A DNA stretch of 63,194 nt, the filler included, from Candidatus Woesearchaeota archaeon (GTDB lineage: Archaea > Nanobdellota > Nanobdellia > Woesearchaeales > J072), in the NCBI GenBank assembly GCA_003695265.1. It is 9 parts of 9 records of this genome, joined end to end, with 100 filler letters (N's around TTAATTAATTAA, not from the genome) between each part and the next. Parts side by side here need not be neighbours in the genome. Positions count along the whole stretch, not along the records: positions 18,844 to 22,983 come from RFII01000099.1; positions 23,084 to 28,786 come from RFII01000100.1; positions 28,887 to 33,281 come from RFII01000101.1; 6 more parts are not named here. One strand, given 5' to 3'. The translations under genes were made by a program, and so were the position numbers. The first letter of the stretch is position 1. Each line of letters opens with the position of its first letter. Shown here piece after piece: positions 20,225-28,979 of the stretch. Below the pieces are notes generated by a model. That model searched no databases and was not told where the DNA came from. It saw only the letters and a list, made by a program, of their open reading frames with translations.

Positions 20225-21334
20225 ATGAAAAAAGAGGTTGTTGATTACTTAAAGGAGCAGTTAAGAAAAGGGTTTTCTGAGGAGCAGTTGCGCGCAGCCC
20301 TGAAGAGTGAAGGATATGATGACAAAGATATTGATGATACTTTCAGAGAAATAAAGAATAAAGAAAATGATGAGATTAGTAAAACGGTTTTTATCTATCT
20401 GGGAGTGTTTGTAGTTTTTGGCATTATAAGCGCTTTTCTGTTAAAACTTTCAGGGCTAACCCAAGAATTCTTTATGAGGATAACAAGCTCGTTCTTTGCC
20501 CTTGTTCAAGGAAATGCAGAAGTAAGCTTTTTGCTCGTGTTTCTTGGAATAATCTCAGCTTCGGTTTCGTTAGCTTCGTTTTTCGCTTTTAACCTCAGAG
20601 TTGGAAGAATGCATTATTTCGCATTAGTTTCTGCTGCTTTGGTCTCAATAACAGCAGGGTTGTTGGCAGGATTCACTCTTGCGGAAATATTCGTTTTTCT
20701 AGCTTCATTAGCAACTTTACTCTTCTTCAGCTACAACACTGAAACGCTTAGGAAAACATACAAGACTTTGCATGTTTTTAGGCTAGCATCGCATAATGTT
20801 TCTTCTGCGTGGAAAGTTTTTGGGGTTGCCATTGCGGTTTTTGTCTTTATAACCTTAACGAATGATCATAGTTATGTTAATAATGAATTCAATGTTATTT
20901 CGCAAAAGCTTATTGGAGGAAATATTTCTGACATCAATGAGATTCAGCGCATAAATAACGAAATCCAGTTAAACAACACCCTGCAGCTGCTAGAAGTAAT
21001 GGAAAACCTTATAGCCTTCCACTTAGTGAACGACTCAACTCTGAGCGATGAGGAAAGGTCATTCAGGTACGCCAACATACAGGAAAGCATAAGAAAGGCG
21101 GATGAGCAGATAAAGAAAGACTTGATAAATGAATACAACAAGCAAGTCAATTCCGCAGAGCAAAAAGAGGCTGGCATAAAGGCAAAAAGAGTTTTGGAAG
21201 CAGTGAAAAAGGTTTATCCGATAATGACTGCTTTTACTGTTTTCATCATAATTGAGGTTTTCGGATTTTTTGTAAAGGTTTTCACAGCTTTGTTCTCATT
21301 CATTATTTGGCAGTTCTTCGAGAAAAAGGGATAA
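20225..21334 (+). CDS. Multi-pass membrane protein
   Basis: Several TM segments; N-terminal helical module YLKEQLRKGFSEEQLRAAL. Confidence 0.8.
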   Translation: MKKEVVDYLKEQLRKGFSEEQLRAALKSEGYDDKDIDDTFREIKNKENDEISKTVFIYLGVFVVFGIISAFLLKLSGLTQEFFMRITSSFFALVQGNAEVSFLLVFLGIISASVSLASFFAFNLRVGRMHYFALVSAALVSITAGLLAGFTLAEIFVFLASLATLLFFSYNTETLRKTYKTLHVFRLASHNVSSAWKVFGVAIAVFVFITLTNDHSYVNNEFNVISQKLIGGNISDINEIQRINNEIQLNNTLQLLEVMENLIAFHLVNDSTLSDEERSFRYANIQESIRKADEQIKKDLINEYNKQVNSAEQKEAGIKAKRVLEAVKKVYPIMTAFTVFIIIEVFGFFVKVFTALFSFIIWQFFEKKG

Positions 21335-21432
21335 AGTCAATTTTGTTGAGTTAGGAAACTATAAAGATTTTTAGTCCCACCCCCACCATCCCCCACAAAC
21401 ACCAAATCAATCTCACTTAAGCTGGCTTAACC
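21330..21432 (-). repeat. Dispersed MITE-like repeat, copy 1
   Basis: Reverse complement carries GGTTAAGCCAGCTTAA, GGGTGGGACTAAA and CAACAAAATTGAC blocks. Confidence 0.7.
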
Positions 21433-21478
21433 AAAAAAGGGTGAGATTTAAATAGAAGAAGAATTCTTCCTTAAAACC

Positions 21479-22957
21479 ATGGACGAAGAAAACAGGCTTA
21501 TTCAGGAGAGAAAAAGGAAGTTAAAAGAGATTAGGGAATTAGGAATAAACCCTTATGCTTACAGATTTGACCAGAAAAACAAGGCGCAGGAAATCCTTGA
21601 AAAGTTCAAAGGCTTGAAGAGAGAGGAAAAGACAAGAGCAAAGGTTAAGGTTGCTGGAAGAATAATAGCTTTGCGCAGAATGGGCAGGGCCAGCTTCATG
21701 CACCTCCAAGACGGCACTGGAAGGATTCAGCTTTACGTGAGGGAAGATGAAGTCGGAAAAGGCAAGTACAAGCTCTTAAAAAAGCTTGACATTGGCGACA
21801 TAATAGGCGCTGAAGGAAGTGTTTTCAAGACAAAGACAGGCGAGGTTACTGTTTATGTTTCAGAGTACGAGCTATTGACAAAAAGCCTTAGGCCGCTTCC
21901 TGAAAAGTTCCACGGCTTAAAAGATACGGAATTAAGGTACAGGGAGAGGTACGTTGACTTGATAGTTAATCCTGAAGTCAAGAAGAAATTCATTATAAGA
22001 ACAAAGATTTATGACGCGATGAGGGAATTCCTGCAGAAAGAGGGCTTTTTGGAGGTGGAAACTCCTACTTTACAACCAATTTATGGAGGAGCAAGCGCAA
22101 AGCCTTTTATAACAAAGCACAACGCACTTAATATGAACTTATACCTCAGGATTTCCAATGAGCTCTACTTAAAAAGGCTTATCGTAGGCGGGTTTGACAA
22201 GGTTTTTGAGTTCTGCAAGGACTTCAGGAATGAGGGCATAGACACAAAGCACAATCCTGAATTCTCAATGATGGAAACAATGTCGGCTTATGACAATTAT
22301 ATTGACAGCATGGACAGGACTGAAAGGATGCTCGCGTACATAGCAAAAAAGGTTTTGGGCACAACAAAAATAAAGTATCAGGGAAAGACGATTGACCTTG
22401 CGCCGCCGTTCAAAAGAGTGAGAATGGTTGAAGCCGTTAAGAAAGAGACAGGATATGATTTCCTAAAGGTTAAGAGTGTTGAAGAAGCCAGAAAAATTGC
22501 GCGCGAGCTAAGAGTTGAAATAACAGACGATATGGGTGTAGGCTCAATACTTGCAGAAATTTGCAGTGAGAAATGCGAGCCAAAGTTCGTCCAGCCCACT
22601 ATTTTGTATGATTACCCTGTTGAGGTTTCTTCCTTGGCAAAGCCCTGCAAGGACAACCCTAAATTCACAGAGCGCTTCGAGCTGATTATCTGCGGAATGG
22701 AGATAGGCAACATGTATTCTGAGCTTAACGACCCAGAAGTGCTTAGGAACAACTGGAAAAAACAAGAAGAACTCTTGAGGAAAGGCGATGAGGAAGCTGA
22801 GAGAACTGATGAGGACTTCTTAAAGGCGTTGGAGTATGGAATGCCACCAACGTCAGGAATAGGCATAGGCATGGACCGCCTTACAATGCTCTTCACAGAC
22901 TCTGACTCCATAAGAGAAGTGATTTTTTTCCCTACGCTAAAGCCTGTCAATAAATAA
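21479..22957 (+). CDS. lysS: Lysyl-tRNA synthetase, class II
   Basis: N-terminal OB domain, YRERYVDL, FRNEGID..HNPEF, YGMPPTSGIGIGMDRL. Confidence 0.97.
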   Translation: MDEENRLIQERKRKLKEIRELGINPYAYRFDQKNKAQEILEKFKGLKREEKTRAKVKVAGRIIALRRMGRASFMHLQDGTGRIQLYVREDEVGKGKYKLLKKLDIGDIIGAEGSVFKTKTGEVTVYVSEYELLTKSLRPLPEKFHGLKDTELRYRERYVDLIVNPEVKKKFIIRTKIYDAMREFLQKEGFLEVETPTLQPIYGGASAKPFITKHNALNMNLYLRISNELYLKRLIVGGFDKVFEFCKDFRNEGIDTKHNPEFSMMETMSAYDNYIDSMDRTERMLAYIAKKVLGTTKIKYQGKTIDLAPPFKRVRMVEAVKKETGYDFLKVKSVEEARKIARELRVEITDDMGVGSILAEICSEKCEPKFVQPTILYDYPVEVSSLAKPCKDNPKFTERFELIICGMEIGNMYSELNDPEVLRNNWKKQEELLRKGDEEAERTDEDFLKALEYGMPPTSGIGIGMDRLTMLFTDSDSIREVIFFPTLKPVNK

Positions 22958-23172
22958 TTTGTTTTTTTTATTTATTGGAGGAANNNNNNNNNNNNNNNNN
23001 NNNNNNNNNNNNNNNNNNNNNNNNNNNTTAATTAATTAANNNNNNNNNNNNNNNNNNNNNNNNNNNNNNNNNNNNNNNNNNNNATAAAATAATATGCTTT
23101 TGTTATGCGCTCAAAAAATAAACAAAATATTAAGAAACATTTATAAATTCTGAAATCAATATAACCAGTAAT

Positions 23173-23316
23173 ATGGTACAAGACTTGTCTAATGTAAAAA
23201 TGTGCCCTCAGTGCGGAAGCTCGAACACTTTGTACAATGATAAGAATAACGAATTAATATGTCATGATTGTCGAAATATCTTCTCTGAGCTGCCTGATGA
23301 TAATAAAAATAAGTGA
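23173..23316 (+). CDS. 47-aa TFIIB-type zinc-ribbon microprotein
   Basis: Manually translated CPQCGSSNTLYNDKNNELICHDC. Confidence 0.7.
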   Translation: MVQDLSNVKMCPQCGSSNTLYNDKNNELICHDCRNIFSELPDDNKNK

Positions 23317-23383
23317 AGCAAACACACCCTTTCTTTTGCATAATATTTATATATGCCTTTAAAATATTTTTTATCGTCTAAAT

Positions 23384-23521
23384 GCCGCAGTCGCATAACC
23401 TGGTATTGCGCCGGCCTTGAGTCAATGCACGAAAGCCGGTTTCCCTCTGGGATGTCCCGGTTCAAAGACAGCGGTCAAAGCGGCGGCGTTCTGACCGCTG
23501 ATGAAAGTCCGGGCTGCGGCG
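23384..23521 (+). tRNA. tRNA-Ser(TGA) with two introns (23422-23433 at 37/38; 23467-23507 at 59/60)
   Basis: Acceptor GCCGCAG/CTGCGGC, anticodon stem CCGGC/GCCGG, long variable arm, T-loop TTCAAA|T with BHB TTCA/TGAA. Confidence 0.92.
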
Positions 23522-23643
23522 TCATAAATCCAATAGGGGTGATATGAATAAACATAATACTGCTAATAATCAGTGTTTTATTATGTTTTGAGGGATTCAG
23601 GTATTTTATAAGCTGGCTTAATCAAAATAAATCTTATAAAAGA

Positions 23644-24399
23644 ATGAAGGGAGCAGATCCTGTCTTTATTAAACGGGGCAGGATTGGAGTTTTAATGTTT
23701 CATGGATTCACATCCACTCCTCAGGAAATGCATTACCTCGCTGATTTCCTCGCAAAAAATAATTACAGCGTAGCAATTCCTCTTCTTAAGGGTCATGGCA
23801 CAGATGCGAGAGACCTTGCCAGGACAAAAGTTAAGGATTGGCTTGATTCTGTCATGCCGGCTTACCTCGAGCTGAGAAAGCACTGTGACAAAATCTTTCT
23901 TGGTGGAAGTTCTTTTGGGGCGAACCTTGCAGTGATTCTCAGCCAGAAGATTAAGGTTGACGGGCTTTTGCTTTTAGCAATGCCAGCATATTTTAGAAGA
24001 GAGAAAACCATTAGGAGAGCTCTGCCTTTTCTTTCAATTATAAAGCGCATCAGGCCTTTCCCTAAAAAGCCTTACCTTGGGCAATATGAACATATTTATA
24101 AAAAAAAGTTGCATTATGACGTGTTCCCCCTTAATTGCGCTAAAGACGTTATTAATACAATTGCTTTGTCTCGGAAATTGCTTCCTAAAATACATGTTCC
24201 AACCTTGGTGATGCAGTCTGATTCTGACCACCAAATAACTAAAGAGAATGCTGTTTTTATATATAACCATTTGGGAACTAAGCACAAGCACTTGTTTTTT
24301 GTCCCTAACGCGTATCATGTTTTCATAATGGACAAGAACAGGAACATGGCTTTTAAAGAGATTAATAACTTCATTAAAAAGTATGGAGCTGAAAAATGA
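23644..24399 (+). CDS. Alpha/beta hydrolase (carboxylesterase/monoacylglycerol lipase-like)
   Basis: HGFTSTP, GHGT, GSSFG nucleophile elbow, D and H triad residues. Confidence 0.9.
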   Translation: MKGADPVFIKRGRIGVLMFHGFTSTPQEMHYLADFLAKNNYSVAIPLLKGHGTDARDLARTKVKDWLDSVMPAYLELRKHCDKIFLGGSSFGANLAVILSQKIKVDGLLLLAMPAYFRREKTIRRALPFLSIIKRIRPFPKKPYLGQYEHIYKKKLHYDVFPLNCAKDVINTIALSRKLLPKIHVPTLVMQSDSDHQITKENAVFIYNHLGTKHKHLFFVPNAYHVFIMDKNRNMAFKEINNFIKKYGAEK

Positions 24400-25043
24400 T
24401 GCGTTATGACCTTCACCTTCACACGAATATTTCTAGATGCGCCAGCATGAGAATGACTCCTGAGACAATTCTTAAGATTGCAAAAAGAAAGGGTCTTGAC
24501 GGCATTGCCCCTCTTGATCATAATACTATAAAGGGAAGCTTGAGGGTTGCTAAATCTAACAAAGACAAGGATTTTGAGGTGATAACCGCGAACGAAGTTA
24601 AAACGCAGTACGGCGATGTTATCATTTATTATATTAATGAGGATCCTCCTAGCAATGACTTGTTTGAGCTTCTTGACTTCGCAAAGGAAATCGATGCTGT
24701 TGTGTCTATTGCGCATCCCTTCCGCTTCATGCCGCACCTCCACTTTAATTATCCTATCCGCAAAATCGCAAATAAGATTCATGCAGTAGAGTGCCTTAAC
24801 TCAAGAACGCTTCCTTTTGAGAACAAAAAGGCTGTCAGAATTGCTGATGAGCTCAATCTGGCGAAGACTGCAGGCTCAGACGCACATTTTCCCTTTGAAA
24901 TCGGGCGAGGATACGCGGTGTTTTATGATGATTTTAGAACTGCAGTAAAAAAACGTAAAATTTCTGTTGGAGGAAATTCTTTGGCTTATCTTCCTGGAAA
25001 TTTCTTGACATTTATTAAAAGAAGACTTCAAATACAAATTTAA
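24396..25043 (+). CDS. PHP domain phosphoesterase
   Basis: DLHLHT, DHN, AHPF, GSDAH. Confidence 0.9.
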   Translation: MMRYDLHLHTNISRCASMRMTPETILKIAKRKGLDGIAPLDHNTIKGSLRVAKSNKDKDFEVITANEVKTQYGDVIIYYINEDPPSNDLFELLDFAKEIDAVVSIAHPFRFMPHLHFNYPIRKIANKIHAVECLNSRTLPFENKKAVRIADELNLAKTAGSDAHFPFEIGRGYAVFYDDFRTAVKKRKISVGGNSLAYLPGNFLTFIKRRLQIQI

Positions 25044-25059
25044 TACGTTGTTTATAATA

Positions 25060-25659
25060 TCACTTGAAGCCTGCCTTTTCTATGAGGCGCTTTGCGTAAA
25101 TCATTCTTTGGACAGAACCAATAAAAGCCACTGTTGATATTATTATCAAAGAAACTCTATAAACAATTTCTTCTTGGTAAATGCTTATCACAACAAGGGA
25201 TAAAATTAAAAGTATGAACCTGTCAATCCTTTCTCCAACAGCAGGCCATTCCTCATTGCTTATTTGAACTACTTGCGCAACCCTTGCTTTTCCGTACGTT
25301 ACAAGCATGCTGGTAGAAATGGCTAAGAACGCCTCAACTCCATAGCCGAGAAGCGCAAAGCCAAGATAAATTATGATTTCTGCAATCCTGTCAACCATTG
25401 CATCCAGGTAATTCCCGAATTTTGTTGCTTTTTTGCCAGCTCGTGCCATGGCGCCGTCAAGCAAGTCACATAACCCTGTCAGAATCACGAACATTAAGGC
25501 TAGGACATTCTCTTGCTTGGTTATAAAGAAAGATGATATTATTGATAGAACGATGGCTGATAAGGTAATAGCGTTTGGTGGTATTCCTGTCTTATTAACA
25601 GAACGCCCAAGACTCAGAAGAATCCTTTTTGTCTTCTTTCTTAAGTATTGGCCTAGCAT
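25060..25659 (-). CDS. CDP-alcohol phosphatidyltransferase
   Basis: PNAIT; DLLDGAMAR...GNYLDAMVD signature. Confidence 0.93.
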   Translation of the reverse strand: MLGQYLRKKTKRILLSLGRSVNKTGIPPNAITLSAIVLSIISSFFITKQENVLALMFVILTGLCDLLDGAMARAGKKATKFGNYLDAMVDRIAEIIIYLGFALLGYGVEAFLAISTSMLVTYGKARVAQVVQISNEEWPAVGERIDRFILLILSLVVISIYQEEIVYRVSLIIISTVAFIGSVQRMIYAKRLIEKAGFK

Positions 25660-25823
25660 TTTTTTGCCTTTTCCTTAAGCAAAACAGGTATTCCTTCTTT
25701 TATCTCATACCAGACAGAGCAGTTTTTGCAAATTAATCCAGTTTTTGTTTCGTTATATACTAAGTCTCCTTTGCATATTGGGCAAGCGAGAATCTGAAAA
25801 AGCTTTTTAGGAATTTCTGCCAT
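25653..25823 (-). CDS. Trm112-like protein
   Basis: Manually translated 56 aa: ILACPICKGDL...LICKNC..WYEIKEGIPVLL. Confidence 0.85.
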   Translation of the reverse strand: MAEIPKKLFQILACPICKGDLVYNETKTGLICKNCSVWYEIKEGIPVLLKEKAKKC

Positions 25824-26032
25824 AAAAAACGAAAATGTTAATCTCTTTTTTTAAAGTTTGCGAAAATTTTTTTAAACGAACCACAACAATTTTTTCTCGT
25901 CGATAAACAACAAAAAAACAGAAACCTTTATATATAACATCATCATCTCCTTTAAAAAATTATTGTTTTTGTCGGGAATAATTGGTTGGCATTACTAATA
26001 AATCATAAAAAAACGTGTTTATTGGGTGGTTC

Positions 26033-26962
26033 ATGATGGTAAAGTACGTCAAAAAATGCCCTGAATGTAATGGAATAAACTTGTTCTGGAACAAGGATCG
26101 TGGAGAAGTAATTTGCAAGGACTGCGGCCTTGTTTTAGAGGAGAAAATGGTTGATTTTGGCCAGGAATGGCGTGATTTCTCTGATGAAGGAGATGAGTCA
26201 AGGGCAAGGGCGGGTGCTCCGAGCACTTACACTCAGTTCGATCAAGGCTTAGGAACAGAGGTCGGAAGAAAGGCTGACATTTATCAACTTGACCGCAAGT
26301 CAAAGAACAAGTTCTTCAGGCTTAGAAAATGGCAGTACAGGATAAGCACCGCTATCGAAAGAAACCTTAAACTTGCTCTTGCAGAGCTTAAAAGAGTGTC
26401 ATCATACTTAAAGCTTCCAAAATCAGTTGAGGAGGAAGCAGCAAAGATTTACACTCTTGCTGTCCAGCGCGGTCTTGTAAGAGGCAGGTCAATGGAATCT
26501 GTTGTTGCTGGGGCTTTGTATGCTGCGTGCAGGCGGCATGAGGTTCCGAGAACATTGGATGAGCTCAGCGAAGCCTCCAGCATTGAAAAGAAGGAGGTCG
26601 GGAGGACTTACCGCTTTATCACGAGAGAGCTCGGCATAAACATTCTGCCCAGCAACCCCGCGGATTATATTCCAAGGTTTGCGTCTGCATTAAAGCTGAG
26701 CGCAGAAACCCAGTCAAGGTCTATTGAAATAATTGAGAAGGCGCAGAAGGCAGAGCTTACCTCAGGCAGAGGCCCCACAGGAATAGCAGCTGCCGGCCTT
26801 TACGTTTCAGCATTAATAAACGGCGAGAAAAGAACGCAGCGTGAGGTTGCTGACGTTGCCGGCGTAACAGAAGTAACCATTAGAAACCGTTATAAGGAAT
26901 TGCTTGAAAGGCTTGACCTGGAAAAGGAAATCAAAAAGACAAAAAAGAAGCGCAAAGACTAA
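26033..26962 (+). CDS. tfb: Transcription initiation factor IIB (TFB)
   Basis: Zn ribbon CPEC..CKDCG, EWRDF, two cyclin repeats, TQREVA..AGVTEVTIRNRYKEL. Confidence 0.97.
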   Translation: MMVKYVKKCPECNGINLFWNKDRGEVICKDCGLVLEEKMVDFGQEWRDFSDEGDESRARAGAPSTYTQFDQGLGTEVGRKADIYQLDRKSKNKFFRLRKWQYRISTAIERNLKLALAELKRVSSYLKLPKSVEEEAAKIYTLAVQRGLVRGRSMESVVAGALYAACRRHEVPRTLDELSEASSIEKKEVGRTYRFITRELGINILPSNPADYIPRFASALKLSAETQSRSIEIIEKAQKAELTSGRGPTGIAAAGLYVSALINGEKRTQREVADVAGVTEVTIRNRYKELLERLDLEKEIKKTKKKRKD

Positions 26963-27038
26963 ATATTATTGTTCAATCTTAATTTTTTTTCTAAAAGTGG
27001 TGATACTCGTTAGTGTTCATAATTTTTGGTGGTTTACA

Positions 27039-27323
27039 ATGGCAAGATTAACTGATTCAAGAAAGGGAGCGGCTGGAGTTTTGTTGTTGGCGTTAATAGT
27101 GGCTATAATAATTTATGGGATTGTGACTGTTTCCCAAAGAGAATGCAGCCGCGATTCGCACTGCAAGGAGGGCTATTACTGCGGCTCAGACTTCAAGTGC
27201 CACCAGCACAAGACTTACGAGGTGAACAACAATTTCTTAGCCCCATCAATAATACTTGGCATTGCTATCATAATTGCTGCTCTAATAATAAAAGACAAGC
27301 TGCCCTCATTCACGAGGAAATAA
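27039..27323 (+). CDS. Small 2-TM protein with Cys-rich loop
   Basis: TM, CSRDSHCKEGYYCGSDFKC, TM. Confidence 0.7.
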   Translation: MARLTDSRKGAAGVLLLALIVAIIIYGIVTVSQRECSRDSHCKEGYYCGSDFKCHQHKTYEVNNNFLAPSIILGIAIIIAALIIKDKLPSFTRK

Positions 27324-27621
27324 ACTCCTTGAACAGGAATTTCTTTAAGTTTACCCTGTTCTTTTTAACTATGACTCCTTCTTTCCTAAGCATTTCAGCC
27401 TTTTTTCTTTGGCCTAATGCGAATCCCCCTAAAGAGCCGTCACTCCTCACTACGCGGTGGCAAGGCACTTTTGGCGAGTAAGGGTTTTTGTGCAGGGCTT
27501 GGCCTACTGCTCTGTAAGCTTTAGAATTCATTGCTTGTGCGATTTGCTTGTAAGTGCTTACCTTTCCTTTCGGAATCCTCTTTGTTATCTCATACACTTT
27601 TTTTTCGAATTCAGTCGGCAT
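27310..27621 (-). CDS. ogt: Methylated-DNA-protein-cysteine methyltransferase (MGMT)
   Basis: IPKGKVSTY, RAVGQAL, VPCHRVV. Confidence 0.93.
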   Translation of the reverse strand: MPTEFEKKVYEITKRIPKGKVSTYKQIAQAMNSKAYRAVGQALHKNPYSPKVPCHRVVRSDGSLGGFALGQRKKAEMLRKEGVIVKKNRVNLKKFLFKEFISS

Positions 27622-27661
27622 AAATAATAATAAGGCAAAACAGGTTTATAAATGTATTATG

Positions 27662-28558
27662 TTAACTTTTCTCATAAACTTTATCCCCTTCATATTCACA
27701 GAATCCCCTCATTAGAGTACTGCTTGGCCTTATGTAACGAGAGCTGAGATCTATCAATTTCTCAGCTGTTTCTCCCAGCCTCAAGCTGAAGGCTTCCCTG
27801 ACATAATGCCAGATTGTGTCAGCAGCTATTCTTTGGGCATCACCAGGGCTTTTTGCGTCTAATGTTTCCATGTTATGCCTCCTGTCAGCAATCTTTATTA
27901 ACATTATATCAAGAACATATTTTGAATTCTCTTTTGCCCTCCCAAATTTTTCTCGGCATCTTTCATATATTCCATTAGGGGTGTCACCCCATCTTTTTAC
28001 CTCTTCATCTCTTACACTCATTCCTTCAATCATTATTCTTTCCTCTATGCCGAGCTCACTTTCAATAAGTTCGGGAGTTATTTTTGGGTTCTTTTCCAGC
28101 AAGTCATGGCCCAGCGCAGCTCTCAAGCCGACTTCTGGCTTTAAACCTCGGCTGTTCCTGTTTTCGTTGGTTGATAAATACTCGTTTAGAATGTCTAAGT
28201 AATAAATAGCTGTTCTCTCTGCATGCTCTAAGAAAGGAGCGCCGTTTTGCCTGTATACTCCCCTATATCCTCTTTCTGCAAAGTCCCATGCTTCTCGCAC
28301 ATAGGATTTGTCCAATCCAGGTATCCTCTGCTCTACTTCTTCCCAGAATCTTTCAAATCTCCTGTTTAAATTCAAGCCAACCTTAAGCCTGTTCTTGAGT
28401 TCACCAGCAGGGAGAAAGCTAGCAATAATATTAGTAAGGCTTATTCTACTGCCTTCTTCTTGCACTCTTTGCGAATCTTCCATCCCCCTCACAAGAAGTG
28501 GTATGTTTTTCTCGTTTTTAAATCTTGCTAATAATATTTCTTTTTTATACCAAAGCAA
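27662..28558 (-). CDS. RelA/SpoT-type HD domain protein (hydrolase domain only)
   Basis: RQNGAPFLEH, AALGHDLLE, IKIADRRHNMETL. Confidence 0.8.
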   Translation of the reverse strand: MLWYKKEILLARFKNEKNIPLLVRGMEDSQRVQEEGSRISLTNIIASFLPAGELKNRLKVGLNLNRRFERFWEEVEQRIPGLDKSYVREAWDFAERGYRGVYRQNGAPFLEHAERTAIYYLDILNEYLSTNENRNSRGLKPEVGLRAALGHDLLEKNPKITPELIESELGIEERIMIEGMSVRDEEVKRWGDTPNGIYERCREKFGRAKENSKYVLDIMLIKIADRRHNMETLDAKSPGDAQRIAADTIWHYVREAFSLRLGETAEKLIDLSSRYIRPSSTLMRGFCEYEGDKVYEKS

Positions 28559-28786
28559 TAATTTTTTTGAGAGCGCTTCTTTTTAATGTTCTCTTGTACT
28601 CTTGTGCAAGTCTTTTCATTTTTTCTTTGTCAAATCCTAAGCCTTTTCTGTTAAGTATTTTCTCAACTTGTTCTGATATCAGAAATTGGCAGAACTGCGT
28701 AACATTTTTTGGCTTTTTGGTATAATGGCACCTTTCAAAATCTATCATTACAGGTTTTCCTTTCTCAACAATAATATGTTTTACAG
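28545..28786 (-). CDS. Hypothetical protein (5'-partial)
   Basis: Frame at contig edge: IDFERC...PKNVTQF, resembling a kinase-fold C-terminus. Confidence 0.5.
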
Positions 28787-28979
28787 NNNNNNNNNNNNNN
28801 NNNNNNNNNNNNNNNNNNNNNNNNNNNNNNTTAATTAATTAANNNNNNNNNNNNNNNNNNNNNNNNNNNNNNNNNNNNNNNNNNNNGTTTAAGCTTATGT
28901 TATTAGCTTTTTAATAAGATAATTTTATTGCATGAATATGACATAAGTTATTTAAAGTTAATATGATATTACAATTCTT

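Noticed and set aside
23610..23623. TAAGCTGGCTTAATC matching one end of the dispersed repeat
   Set aside because: The other two conserved blocks are missing; too short to call a copy.
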